64,000 nt of DNA from Campylobacterota bacterium (GTDB lineage Bacteria > Campylobacterota > Campylobacteria > Campylobacterales > Arcobacteraceae), in contig JBNJFB010000006.1 of assembly GCA_051746405.1 (NCBI GenBank), forward strand, positions 8,407 to 72,406. Direction: 5' to 3'. The notes beneath the pieces were generated by a model that had not been told where the DNA came from, made no database searches, and worked only from the letters and a program-made list of their open reading frames with translations. Positions 1 to 9,681 of the stretch are shown here, one piece after another; the first letter of the stretch is position 1; each line of letters starts with the position of its first letter. A program made the position numbers and the translations under genes.

Positions 1-76
1 AACTATTCATGTTTTTTATAATTGACAGAAAAGACATTAATGAAAAACCTATATTATTATATTGTTCAAATTTCAT
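1..76 (-). CDS. 5' end of a probable ABC-three-component middle component (Lamassu LmuC-like), truncated by the window edge
   Basis: Not in the ORF track. ATG at 76 overlaps the 3' end of the upstream nuclease gene by 11 bp and reads MKFEQYNNIGFSLMSFLSIIKNMNS... open to the edge. The YNN plus hydrophobic helix start and its position after an LmuA-like gene fit ABC-3C middle components. Confidence 0.55.
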   Translation of the reverse strand, partial: MKFEQYNNIGFSLMSFLSIIKNMNS

Positions 77-1238
77 CTAAATATTCTTCCTTCCACGTAT
101 ATTTCCAACCAATTTTTAAGATATCAGACATTTTTATAAATTGTCCTTTTGTAGCTTCTTTCCACTCAATTTTCTGTCCAGCCAAATCTAAATCTTTTTT
201 TAAAACATTTAAATATAACTTCTTAGCATTTAAATCATTTCGATTCGTATCTTCTAAATAAATATCTTGAAATTCTTCATCCCAACTAATTATAGAATTA
301 GTGTCCAATAAGTTTTTGTCATTTTCACTAATTTCTCCATCTTGTAAAAATGTATTTAAATTAGTTTCTATGGCTAATTTATAATAGTCTGCATCAAAAA
401 CCTTTTCTTTATCAAAACCTATATGCAGTAATTGTTTGGCAAAAGTATGATTTAAAATACTTTCATTATTCTTTCTTTCAATATTTGTTATGAATGGCAA
501 CCTTTCACTTTTAGCATTTTGAAAAATCATCAAGGTATCTGTATAAAATATATCTCTTGTTATTTCAAAGTCTTTTTTATCTTTTACAATATCAAAAAAC
601 TTTTCCTTATACAATCCTGTTAATTCATGGAAAACTTTACTAACTCGGCCTATCTTAATACTTCTTCCAAATTGTATTTCTTGTTTAACTACTCCAATAA
701 TATCATTAAGGTCAAAAATAAATTCTATTTTTAAAACAAAATTTTTAAGTAAGAGATTTTCTAAAGTTATTAAATTCTCTATATAATCTTTATTGGTATT
801 ATCATCCTCTAAACTATTAATATAATCAGATATTTTATTTCTAAAACTTACAATATCTTGATTATATTTTAAGTCTTTTAATGCGTTTAAAAATAAATGT
901 TTTTCACTTTCAGCTTTATTCGTTATAAATACAAAGTTAGTGCTAGTTATAAAATTACTTTTATCTACTTCTTGATTAATTACATCAACCCAATTTGATA
1001 ATGTCTTCCATAAATCAATATCAGATGTTGTTAGATTTTTAGGGTTACCATATTGATTAGTTTGTCTAGTATGTTTCAACTGTATGAAAGAAAGTGTTTT
1101 ATTATTTTCTATATGTACATCATCTTTCACTTCAAAGCCTACCTTTTCATCGGTATTTAATTTTAACATTTCTAATAAAAAATAATAAAACTGATATTCA
1201 AATCCTAATATCTTATCATCTGCTCTAGTAGAACTCAT
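66..1238 (-). CDS. Cap4/DUF4297-like PD-(D/E)xK nuclease effector with ABC-3C C-terminal domain (Lamassu LmuA-like)
   Basis: N-terminal GFEYQFYY...EVKDDVHI...IQLKH nuclease signature, then DLWKTLSNW. The C-terminal GQFIKMSDILKIGWKYTW resembles the ABC-3C CTD end motif. Confidence 0.75.
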   Translation of the reverse strand: MSSTRADDKILGFEYQFYYFLLEMLKLNTDEKVGFEVKDDVHIENNKTLSFIQLKHTRQTNQYGNPKNLTTSDIDLWKTLSNWVDVINQEVDKSNFITSTNFVFITNKAESEKHLFLNALKDLKYNQDIVSFRNKISDYINSLEDDNTNKDYIENLITLENLLLKNFVLKIEFIFDLNDIIGVVKQEIQFGRSIKIGRVSKVFHELTGLYKEKFFDIVKDKKDFEITRDIFYTDTLMIFQNAKSERLPFITNIERKNNESILNHTFAKQLLHIGFDKEKVFDADYYKLAIETNLNTFLQDGEISENDKNLLDTNSIISWDEEFQDIYLEDTNRNDLNAKKLYLNVLKKDLDLAGQKIEWKEATKGQFIKMSDILKIGWKYTWKEEYLDEI

Positions 1239-1240
1239 TT

Positions 1241-2464
1241 TTATCCCTCAATAGTTGCCATTTTTGAAAGTAGAATACGAAGCAACACTTTTTCAATGGC
1301 TATTTCTTTCTCCATCAAGATTTGTTGATTAAATATCTTATTCACTATACTACTAAATTTACTACATGCTATTTTGCTTGGAATTAAAGCTTTATAATTT
1401 TTCATCATAGTTCCAGATATTTCTGCAAAAGTTGAACCTGTACTTTCATTAGCAATATTTTCTGTATTAAATTTAAGATAATAATAGACAAATTCACTTC
1501 CTATATCTTTTTTAGGTACTATAGACTTAAATCCTTGATTTGTACAAACTTCATTCATATTTATTGCTAAATATCCAATAGGTGCTCTTGATGAAAATAA
1601 AACACTATTTTTAGGCATTAATTTTGTACTGCTTTTTTTATATCCTAGTTCACTAATATTGAATTCACCTTGGTATATAAACTTATAGTTTTCTTTTGAT
1701 AAGTCTTTTGGGGTAATCCATATCATTCCATTCTCATCCCAATAATCTGGATTATCTTTTGATGGTGTAGCTCCTCCAACAACTTCTCCGAGGTCTTCCA
1801 TTTTCCCATAATTCCATCCCTCAGGAATTTCTAGATCTAACTCATCACAGTATTCCATTTCACCACCATTTGATTTGTATGGCTTACCGTTTTGATCTGG
1901 AAACTCGAAGTTCACAAACCACTCTTTATAGATGCTTTGTGCTGTATGTTCTAGTTTATGATTTAATTTTTCATTTAGTTTGATTCTATCTGTGATAGTG
2001 TGATACTCTTTTACTATCTCTTTTTGTTTTTCAGGTGATGGAACTGGTAGCTGCATAGCACAAAAGTCTTCCCACTCTAAACTACCTCTTACACCACCAA
2101 CAGCATAAAAACAAGCTTCTCGATCGAACTCATCTCTACTCATCCACATCATAAGATACTCAGGTAACAATTCATTTGTGTCTATAATTTCAAACACCGG
2201 ATAAGCTTGAGAAATAATAGCTTCATCATCTTGCATAAGTGCAACAGGTATTTTTCCATCTCTCCTAACTTGCATTAAACTACAAGCAAATTGATTTTTT
2301 TTAATCAACTTATAATTTTTCATATTTGTACCAATTGTATTTGCAACAGATGGTATAAATTTTTTATTTACAGTAACACCAACTAAAGGTAAATCTTTTA
2401 ATTCTTTATTTCGATTATCTACTAGCTGAATATAGTTTCCAATTGGCTTATAGTTTGATTTCAT
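1241..2464 (-). CDS. hsdS: type I restriction-modification specificity subunit S
   Basis: Two TRDs separated by a conserved PSPEKQKEIV...LNHKLEHTAQSIYKEWF spacer. TRD2 has IPEGW, GGATPSK, SSRAPIG and TNQGF motifs. Overlaps hsdM. Confidence 0.95.
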   Translation of the reverse strand: MKSNYKPIGNYIQLVDNRNKELKDLPLVGVTVNKKFIPSVANTIGTNMKNYKLIKKNQFACSLMQVRRDGKIPVALMQDDEAIISQAYPVFEIIDTNELLPEYLMMWMSRDEFDREACFYAVGGVRGSLEWEDFCAMQLPVPSPEKQKEIVKEYHTITDRIKLNEKLNHKLEHTAQSIYKEWFVNFEFPDQNGKPYKSNGGEMEYCDELDLEIPEGWNYGKMEDLGEVVGGATPSKDNPDYWDENGMIWITPKDLSKENYKFIYQGEFNISELGYKKSSTKLMPKNSVLFSSRAPIGYLAINMNEVCTNQGFKSIVPKKDIGSEFVYYYLKFNTENIANESTGSTFAEISGTMMKNYKALIPSKIACSKFSSIVNKIFNQQILMEKEIAIEKVLLRILLSKMATIEG

Positions 2465-4016
2465 AACCCAACTCTTTAAATACTGTTAATAATTCTTTTT
2501 TAGATTGTTCTTCTTGTTTTAAAAGCTCAGTAAATTCATTTTGAAGACTTGTCATTTTTGTATCAAAGTCAATGTTTTCATCTCTATTTGTAAACTCTAT
2601 ATATTTACTAGGAACAAGTGAATAGTCTTTTTTCTCTACTTCATCTTTTGAAGCACTGTAACAGTACTCAGCTATATCTTTATAAGTTTCTTTATCTCTT
2701 TGCCATGTATGATAAGTAGTAGATATTTCATTTATTGTTTCTTCATCAAACTGAGTAAATTTCTTTTCAAAAGAAACACCTTTTTGTCTTAAATCCATAA
2801 AAAGTATCTCTTTAGTTCTATCTCTATGAACTTTATTTACTCCATTTTGTTCAAACTCTCTTTTCTCTTTATTTGCATTTAAAATCCAAATAGTTACACT
2901 AATATTTGTTGTATAAAACATATTTTGAGGAAGTATTAAAATAGCCTCTACCAAATCATTCTCTATAAGTTTTTTTCGTATTTTATACTCTTCTCCACCA
3001 CCACTTAATGCACCATTTGCAAGGATAAAACCAGCAACTCCATTAACAGATAGTTTTGATACCATATTCAGTATCCATCCGTAGTTTGCATTTGATGCTG
3101 GAGGTACATCATATCCAGCCCATCTAGGATCATCTAGTAGTTCATTTGCACCTCTCCAATCTTTTTGGTTAAATGGAGGATTTGCCATGATAAAGTCGGC
3201 TTTTAAATCTTGGTGTTGGTCTTTTGAAAATGTATCAGCTGGCACATCTCCAAGATTTGCAGATATTCCTCTAATAGCTAGATTCATCTTTGCTAGTTTA
3301 TAGGTAGTTGATGTATATTCTTGTCCATAGATAGAAATATCTTTTTTATTTCCATTGTGAGCATCTATAAACTTCATAGACTGTACAAACATACCGCCAG
3401 AACCACAAGCAGGGTCATATATCTTACCTTTGTATGGTTCTATCATATTTGCTATAAGATTTACAATAGATTTTGGAGTATAGAACTCCCCTTTTCCTTT
3501 ACCCTCAGCGATGGCAAATTTACTCAAAAAGTATTCATACACACGACCTACTATATCATGACCCTTGTCTTCTATAGTATTGATGTTGTTGATAGTATCT
3601 ATAAGAGAAGATAGTTTAGAAGCGTCAAGACCTAGTCTTGAGAAGTAGTTATCAGGTAATGCACCTTTTAAAGATGGATTGTTTTTTTCAACTGTAGATA
3701 ATGCAGTATCTATTTTAAGAGCTATATCATCTTGTTTTGCATTTTGTTTGATATATGACCATCTTGAGTTCTCAGGTAAATAGAATACATTCTCCATAGT
3801 ATAAAATTCTACCATATCAACAAATGCTTCTTTACCTTCTTTTATTAACTGTTCATGTCTTTCTTCAAATGTATCACTAACAAACTTTAAGAAGATTAGT
3901 CCTAAAACTATATGTTTGTATTCACTTGATTCAACTGTTCCTCTTAATTTGTTTGCACTATCCCAAAGTGTTTCTTCCATACTTTTTTGTTTTTTTGTAG
4001 ATTTTGCTTTTGCCAT
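2448..4016 (-). CDS. hsdM: type I restriction-modification N6-adenine methyltransferase subunit M
   Basis: LWDSANKLRG N-terminus, GEFYTP, DPACGSGG (SAM binding) and NPPF (catalytic). Start placed at ATG 4016 (MAKAKS) behind an AAGGA RBS. Confidence 0.95.
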   Translation of the reverse strand: MAKAKSTKKQKSMEETLWDSANKLRGTVESSEYKHIVLGLIFLKFVSDTFEERHEQLIKEGKEAFVDMVEFYTMENVFYLPENSRWSYIKQNAKQDDIALKIDTALSTVEKNNPSLKGALPDNYFSRLGLDASKLSSLIDTINNINTIEDKGHDIVGRVYEYFLSKFAIAEGKGKGEFYTPKSIVNLIANMIEPYKGKIYDPACGSGGMFVQSMKFIDAHNGNKKDISIYGQEYTSTTYKLAKMNLAIRGISANLGDVPADTFSKDQHQDLKADFIMANPPFNQKDWRGANELLDDPRWAGYDVPPASNANYGWILNMVSKLSVNGVAGFILANGALSGGGEEYKIRKKLIENDLVEAILILPQNMFYTTNISVTIWILNANKEKREFEQNGVNKVHRDRTKEILFMDLRQKGVSFEKKFTQFDEETINEISTTYHTWQRDKETYKDIAEYCYSASKDEVEKKDYSLVPSKYIEFTNRDENIDFDTKMTSLQNEFTELLKQEEQSKKELLTVFKELGYEIKL

Positions 4017-4118
4017 TAAATATAAAATCCTTATATTATTTTTAATTATCATATCTAAATAATTTTTAATACTTTGTTATTTTTTAAATTAATTTTTGAG
4101 ATAGGGAACTCTAAAGAT

Positions 4119-4886
4119 TTATATTAGTTTCTCCTGCCCAATCCGATAAAGAGCAAAGTCATACTTCACAGGGTCACTTATATCAAACTGCTTTAGTTTT
4201 TCAGTTATTAAAATGGCTGATTTTAAGTCATAGGTTTTTCTCTCACATAGTCCCAACTTTTGTGATACTTTAAAAGTATGTGTATCAAGGGGTAGTATCA
4301 AATCTTTTTTATCTATATTTTTCCAAAGTCCCATATCAAGATTATCTTTTCTTACCATCCATCTAAGATACATATTCCATCTTTTATATGGTGCATTTCC
4401 TATATGTTTTATGCTATTTTTTTTATCTCTTTTAAATGGACTTGAAATCAAAAAAGTAAAGCCACGGGAATGGTATGAAGACTCTTGATATATAGCAGAT
4501 ATAAGTGTATCCAAACCATCTAAGATACTATTTTCTTTTTTGTACCCTTCATAAAAGATACTATTTAAACTATCTTTTTGTCTTAATCGTCTAAAAGCTT
4601 TAAATATATTTTTAATATCTTCGCTATTTTGAAACCTATAATAAAAACTTTCTAATTCTTTATCTATTATATCTTCACTCTCACCTAAAAGCTCAAAGTT
4701 TAAACTATCTAAAAACTTCACTATAAGTTTTGCATTTCCATATCCAAAAAGTGCACATAAAAGTATTATATACTCATCATCATATCTACTTGCAACTAAA
4801 AGAGGGTCAGGTTTTTCGTATGAAAGTTCACAATCTGTATTTCTACTACACACTTGCTTGTCTAAAAGCTTCTTTATTTCTTGCAT
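4119..4886 (-). CDS. TIGR02757/DUF2400 family protein
   Basis: KRWNMYLRWMVR, PLDTH and DPVKYDFAL motifs. Confidence 0.85.
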   Translation of the reverse strand: MQEIKKLLDKQVCSRNTDCELSYEKPDPLLVASRYDDEYIILLCALFGYGNAKLIVKFLDSLNFELLGESEDIIDKELESFYYRFQNSEDIKNIFKAFRRLRQKDSLNSIFYEGYKKENSILDGLDTLISAIYQESSYHSRGFTFLISSPFKRDKKNSIKHIGNAPYKRWNMYLRWMVRKDNLDMGLWKNIDKKDLILPLDTHTFKVSQKLGLCERKTYDLKSAILITEKLKQFDISDPVKYDFALYRIGQEKLI

Positions 4887-4933
4887 TATTCACCTAAATT
4901 TTTATATTTGGCGTATTACCAAATATAAAAAAA

Positions 4934-7195
4934 TTAATTTAATTTTTGAGCTACTAACTTATTTACAATTTGAGGGTTTGCTTTTCCACCTGTTGCTTTT
5001 AAAACTTGTCCTACAAAGAAACCCAAAAGCTTACTGTTTCCTGCTTTGAACTTCTCTACATTTTCAGGATTTTTAGAAACCACCTCATCAATAATAGAAG
5101 AAATTATCTCAGGGTTGCTTATTTGAACTAATCCTTTCTCTTCTACTATTTGTTTTGGGTCATTTCCTGTTTTTGCCATCTGCTCAAATACTTGCTTTGC
5201 AATTTTTGTAGAGATAGTCCCATCATCTATCATCTTTACAAGCTGTGCTATTTGCTTCTCATCAAACTTCAACTCACTTGCTTCTTGCTCTTTTAAGACT
5301 CTTGCTACTTCTGTTACTACAATATTTGCTAAACTAACTGCACTATTTTCTATATCTTCTAACGCTTTTTCATAAAAAGAGGATAGATACGCATCCCTTG
5401 CTAGTGTATTTGAAACTGCATCATTTAAACCAAGAGTTTTAGAATACTTCTCATAAAGTGCTTTTTGCTCTTGTGTCATAGGGACTTCTTCACCGTCTAT
5501 TTGTACTTTTTTCTCTTGAGTTTTTTGTGCGTTTGGCTGTGGATTCTCTTTTTTTGTTTTTTTAGCCCATGAGTCTTTTAATCCTACGATTTTATTAAAC
5601 ACTGGTTTTTCATCTTTATAATCAATTGGATCTGCATAAAAATATCCCTGTCTTTCAAACTGAAATCTCTTATCTGGTTTATCTGTTATAACAGCTGGTT
5701 CTACTAGTGCATCTTTTATTATTTTTAGTGAGTTTGGATTTAAATCTTCTAAATCTTCAGGTATTTCGCTTTTATAAAGCCTATCATAAAGCCTAACTTC
5801 TGCTTTGATAGACTCTTTTGCACTTACCCACTGAATAGCACTTTTTACTTTTATACCACTTGTGTCATTTCCACTTTTTGAGTTTGGATAGTATTGAGCT
5901 TTTATCTCTACTATATTTCCAGCACTATCTTTAATAACTTCCTTACAAGAGATAATATACCCATGTCTTAATCTCACAGGTTGATTAGGAGTTAATCTAT
6001 AGTAACCCTTTGGAGGAGTTTCACTAAAATCTTCTCTTTCTATATATAACTCTTTTGAGAAAGGTATTTTTCTAGTACCCTCTTTTGGTACATCATGTGG
6101 ATAGTATGAAGCATCTATTTTTTCACTTCCCTCATAATTTTCAATAGTTACTTTAAGTGGGTCAAGTACAGCCATAACCCTTGGGACTTTTTTGTTTAAA
6201 TCATCTCTGATTGAGTACTCTAACTGAGCCACATCAACCATAGAGTTTGCTTTTGCTACACCTATACTCTCACAGAAGTTCACAATAGACTCTTTGGTGT
6301 ATCCTCTTCTTTTGTATCCTGCAATAGTTGGCATTCTTGGGTCATCCCAACCACTTACATAGCCACCTTCAACCAACTCCAAAAGCTTTCTTTTACTCAT
6401 AACAGTATAATTAATATTTAATCTTGCAAACTCATGCTGATATGGTCTTGGAGGAGTTAGTTTTAAAGTGTCTAAAACCCAGTCATATATATCTCTGTTG
6501 TTTTCAAACTCTAAAGTACATATAGAGTGAGTAACCCCTTCAATATAGTCAGATAAACAGTGAGCAAAATCATACATAGGATAGATACACCACTTATCCC
6601 CTGTTCTAAAGTGATGAGCACGTCTAATTCTATAAAGCAAAGGATCCCTTAGCTTCATATTCGCCGCACTCATATCAATTCTTGCTCTTAATACATGCTC
6701 ACTATCTTTAAACTCACCATTTTTCATTCTTTTAAAAAGGTCTAAGTTCTCTTCTACGCTTCTATTTGCATATTCACTTCTTTTTCCAGCTTGAGTTACA
6801 GTACCTCTGTACTGTCTCATCTGCTCTTCACTAATACTATCAACATATGCTTTACCCATTTTAATAAGTTTTATAGCATATTCGTACATTTCTTGAAAAT
6901 AATCAGATGTGAAGTTAACACTTCCACCCCAATCAAATCCCAGCCACTGTACAGCATCTTTCAACGCTTCCACATACTTAGTATCTTCTTTTGTAGGGTT
7001 TGTATCATCCATTCTTAAATTACAATGACCTTTATAGTCATTTGCAATACCAAAATTTATACAAATAGATTTAGCGTGTCCTATATGAGGAAATCCATTT
7101 GGCTCAGGAGGAAATCTAGTAACCACCTTTTCATACTTACCATTTTTTAAGTCCTCTTCAACTTTAACACGTAAAAAGTCTTTATGCTCACTCAT
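4934..7195 (-). CDS. glnS: glutamine--tRNA ligase with C-terminal GatB/YqeY domain
   Basis: TRFPPEPNG.HIGHAKS, DDTNP, MSKRKL and QFERQGYF. The C-terminal GFFVGQVLKATGGKANP is a GatB/YqeY tail. Confidence 0.95.
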   Translation of the reverse strand: MSEHKDFLRVKVEEDLKNGKYEKVVTRFPPEPNGFPHIGHAKSICINFGIANDYKGHCNLRMDDTNPTKEDTKYVEALKDAVQWLGFDWGGSVNFTSDYFQEMYEYAIKLIKMGKAYVDSISEEQMRQYRGTVTQAGKRSEYANRSVEENLDLFKRMKNGEFKDSEHVLRARIDMSAANMKLRDPLLYRIRRAHHFRTGDKWCIYPMYDFAHCLSDYIEGVTHSICTLEFENNRDIYDWVLDTLKLTPPRPYQHEFARLNINYTVMSKRKLLELVEGGYVSGWDDPRMPTIAGYKRRGYTKESIVNFCESIGVAKANSMVDVAQLEYSIRDDLNKKVPRVMAVLDPLKVTIENYEGSEKIDASYYPHDVPKEGTRKIPFSKELYIEREDFSETPPKGYYRLTPNQPVRLRHGYIISCKEVIKDSAGNIVEIKAQYYPNSKSGNDTSGIKVKSAIQWVSAKESIKAEVRLYDRLYKSEIPEDLEDLNPNSLKIIKDALVEPAVITDKPDKRFQFERQGYFYADPIDYKDEKPVFNKIVGLKDSWAKKTKKENPQPNAQKTQEKKVQIDGEEVPMTQEQKALYEKYSKTLGLNDAVSNTLARDAYLSSFYEKALEDIENSAVSLANIVVTEVARVLKEQEASELKFDEKQIAQLVKMIDDGTISTKIAKQVFEQMAKTGNDPKQIVEEKGLVQISNPEIISSIIDEVVSKNPENVEKFKAGNSKLLGFFVGQVLKATGGKANPQIVNKLVAQKLN

Positions 7196-7287
7196 TGTTA
7201 TTAAACCTTTTGATTTTGAAACTTTTTTAAATGAGACATTTTATCAAATTTGTGCTTATAGCACCTTAGAATAGCCTCTTAACTTTT

Positions 7288-9198
7288 TTATGTAGGCAAC
7301 TTGATTTCAAATACAGCACCTTTAAACAGACTATTTTTGTAAGTAAAAGAAGTATTGTAAACTTCTAAAGTTCCATTCATATTTTTTTCTATAATCTCTT
7401 TACTCATATATAGTCCTATTCCTGTACCTTGTGATTGGTGTTTTGTGGTAAAATATGGTTCAAATATCCTATCTATTATATTTTCAGGTACCCCTCCTGC
7501 ATTATCTTTTATTTGAATTTTAATTTTATCTTTATGCCTACAGGTATCTAAAAAAACAACTTTTTCAACTTCCTTATCTTTTTTTAGAAGCTCATCTCTT
7601 GCATTATTTAAAAGATTTATTATTACTTGTACAAGTTCATTTTTAAAGCACTCTAGTTCAAAATCTTCTTTATTTCTCATAATCTTTATATTTTTATTAT
7701 GAAACTGTGTCTTTACTAAGGATATTGCACTATCAAAACTACTTTGAATATTAAAACGCTTTTTATTTTTATCTGTTTTAAAAAAGTCCCTAAAATCATC
7801 TATTGTATTTGATAGATATTGAACTGTATTGTTTATACTATCAAGTCCTTCAATTAGAAACTTATCATCTAAAATATTCATCTCTTTTTGAAGTTTTAAT
7901 CCAGTTGAAGTTGTTGATATAGTTGAAAGAGGTTGTCTCCATTGATGAGCTATATTTCCAATCATCTCACCCATAGCTGCCATCTTTGATTGTTGAGATA
8001 AAAGAGTTTGTTGTCTTGTATTTTCCATGGCTTTTTCTTCTATAGCTTCTTTATATCTTAAAAACTTTTGCTGTAAAATTTTTGAAAAGTAAGAAGAGAC
8101 CACAAGCAGTAATATAGTTACTAAAACTGTGATTTTTAGCGTCTTAAAAAGATAGTCTTCAAACTCTTCTTCTAGTTCAACTCTTCTTTGTTTTATTGAG
8201 CTATTTATCTCATCTTCATAAAATCCTGAACCAATCATCCACTCCCAATCATTTAGCCCTTTTACAAAACTTGTTTTTTTGATAGGCTGGTCAATACCTG
8301 GCTTTTTATTTTGAATATAAGTATAATACCCTTGACCTTTTTTAGAAATCTGTGTCAAATCATCAATAACTTTTTCTATATCAACTGTATCATTATTTGT
8401 TACTGCATTTTTGTTTATAAAATCTTTTCTCATATGACTTAAATAGACAGAATCGTAATTTATAACAAAGATATAACCACTTTTATCATACCTAATCTCA
8501 CGGATATGTTTTAGTACTTTTTTTTGAATCTCTTTTTCAAAATCTTTTATATACTCACCTGTTCCTATAAACCAATCAAAAGGTTCAAATTTTTTTACAA
8601 GACCCATTTTTTTTCTTTGTTTCTTAGGATTTTTTGGGTTATACCAATACCATTCATAAAATGCTTTATCATTTTTTTTAAGTAGTGAGGTCATATCTTT
8701 TATAATATATGAACCCTTTGCATCTTGATGATTCCAAAAATCTTTGCCTTCAAGCTCAGGATTATGCGGTAGAAGTAAGTTTTTTCCCGTATTTTCATAA
8801 ACAAAGTAGTACCCTCTACCATCTAAAAATCTAATATTTCTAAGGGCATCAATTATTAGTTTTTTTACAGTTTTTATATCCTTGTCTCTGTTTTGAAAGT
8901 AGATTGTTGAAGCAATTGCATGGGCATTATTAACAGCTTCATTAAGTGAGTTTTTTAATCTATTTTCCGTTTGTTTTTGTTCTCTTTTTATAAAATCGTA
9001 TATCTCTACAACCCTTTGTTTTATAAGAGCTTTGTTCTTTTGTGAAAACTCTGATTGTATACTATTTTTTTCATTCTCAAAACTAACTTTTGTTTTTGTA
9101 TACTGAAAGACTAAAAATATAATTGCTACAATAATTACAAAAACAGACGGTGAGAATTTTATTATTTTTAATAATTGCTTTTCATTTTCAAATATCAC
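7288..9198 (-). CDS. orphan sensor histidine kinase with two periplasmic single-Cache domains
   Basis: TM, two GY(Y/I)FV...W.IG.G.Y Cache repeats, TM, then IAHQWRQPL H-box, DNAGG and GTGIGL. Confidence 0.9.
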   Translation of the reverse strand: MIFENEKQLLKIIKFSPSVFVIIVAIIFLVFQYTKTKVSFENEKNSIQSEFSQKNKALIKQRVVEIYDFIKREQKQTENRLKNSLNEAVNNAHAIASTIYFQNRDKDIKTVKKLIIDALRNIRFLDGRGYYFVYENTGKNLLLPHNPELEGKDFWNHQDAKGSYIIKDMTSLLKKNDKAFYEWYWYNPKNPKKQRKKMGLVKKFEPFDWFIGTGEYIKDFEKEIQKKVLKHIREIRYDKSGYIFVINYDSVYLSHMRKDFINKNAVTNNDTVDIEKVIDDLTQISKKGQGYYTYIQNKKPGIDQPIKKTSFVKGLNDWEWMIGSGFYEDEINSSIKQRRVELEEEFEDYLFKTLKITVLVTILLLVVSSYFSKILQQKFLRYKEAIEEKAMENTRQQTLLSQQSKMAAMGEMIGNIAHQWRQPLSTISTTSTGLKLQKEMNILDDKFLIEGLDSINNTVQYLSNTIDDFRDFFKTDKNKKRFNIQSSFDSAISLVKTQFHNKNIKIMRNKEDFELECFKNELVQVIINLLNNARDELLKKDKEVEKVVFLDTCRHKDKIKIQIKDNAGGVPENIIDRIFEPYFTTKHQSQGTGIGLYMSKEIIEKNMNGTLEVYNTSFTYKNSLFKGAVFEIKLPT

Positions 9199-9262
9199 TT
9201 ATACTCCTGTGTGATGTTTATTATAACAAAGGAAAAATAACAATATGCTTTTTTAGACTATC

Positions 9263-9610
9263 TTATAAGTCCACTTGTTTTTTAGTAACTCTTAATACTA
9301 TTTTTCTTAAAGCTTTTATAAAAGGATATACAATACTTCTAAAGAAATAGTTATCAAAAAATAAAACTCTTTTTTCACTTAAATCATTTAAAAACAAAAT
9401 AGCATCAACCCCTTGATAGATATCTTTATCATCTACTTTTATAATGTAGCCATTATTTATATCAAACCCTATAGTTTTTAAATACTTAATCTTTTCAGGA
9501 TAATCTCTTGCATTTAATAGTATAAGCTCATGTGACTCTTTTAGTTTTATATATTTGGCATAGGAGTTACAAAAAGGGCACTCTTTGTCATAGTACATCT
9601 CTATTTTCAT
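9263..9610 (-). CDS. DCC1-like/DUF393 thiol-disulfide oxidoreductase
   Basis: N-terminal YDKECPFC (DxxCxxC) motif. Confidence 0.8.
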   Translation of the reverse strand: MKIEMYYDKECPFCNSYAKYIKLKESHELILLNARDYPEKIKYLKTIGFDINNGYIIKVDDKDIYQGVDAILFLNDLSEKRVLFFDNYFFRSIVYPFIKALRKIVLRVTKKQVDL

Positions 9611-9681
9611 TTAATTAATACCTCTTTTTCTGTTATAATACCATCTTAAAAAAACAATTGAGCTTTAAACTAGGATAATAG

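Noticed and set aside
1241..2464. Phase-variable or invertible hsdS locus
   Set aside because: Only one hsdS is present, with no recombinase, silent TRD copies or obvious simple-sequence tract in the window.
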